Source: Thalia democratica (taxonomy: Eukaryota). Taken from it: DNA of 64,000 nucleotides. The notes under the pieces are model-generated. The model ran no database searches. It saw only the letters and a list, made by a program, of their open reading frames with translations, and had not been told where the DNA came from. Position 1 is the first letter of the stretch. Each line of letters starts with the position of its first letter. The translations under genes and the position numbers were made by a program. This document shows, one piece after another, positions 52,637 to 64,000 of the stretch. The stretch covers positions 16,492,001 to 16,556,000 of the forward strand of contig OZ241829.1 in assembly GCA_965202585.1 (NCBI GenBank), read 5' to 3'.

Positions 52637-64000
<11,364 letters not shown>

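Overview
AT-rich animal (metazoan) genomic DNA with spliceosomal GT-AG introns; the exact taxon cannot be fixed from sequence alone. Four multi-exon genes were reconstructed by hand. (1) The 5' part of NPHP4 (- strand, running off the window start). (2) An unrecognised 26-exon gene of about 1186 aa (21363-34548, +), built from helical/coiled-coil modules separated by ten copies of a V(H/Y)xxxKxKE(F/L)GG motif; it looks like a protease-processed polyprotein and includes a very young 489-bp exon+intron tandem expansion. (3) A gene joining a WD40-like beta-propeller to a caspase-8-like domain that has lost both catalytic residues (SHG->SKE, QACRG->QAPRG). (4) The 3' two-thirds of SELENOO (- strand), with an in-frame Sec UGA (VSUSS*) and a type II SECIS. 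Non-coding DNA holds a decayed Penelope-like element, two well-formed and two degenerate hammerhead ribozyme motifs, hAT- and Tigger-like MITEs, a structured ~120-bp dispersed repeat, a decayed intronless ORF and several tandem repeats. All homology calls rest on remembered motifs, not database searches.
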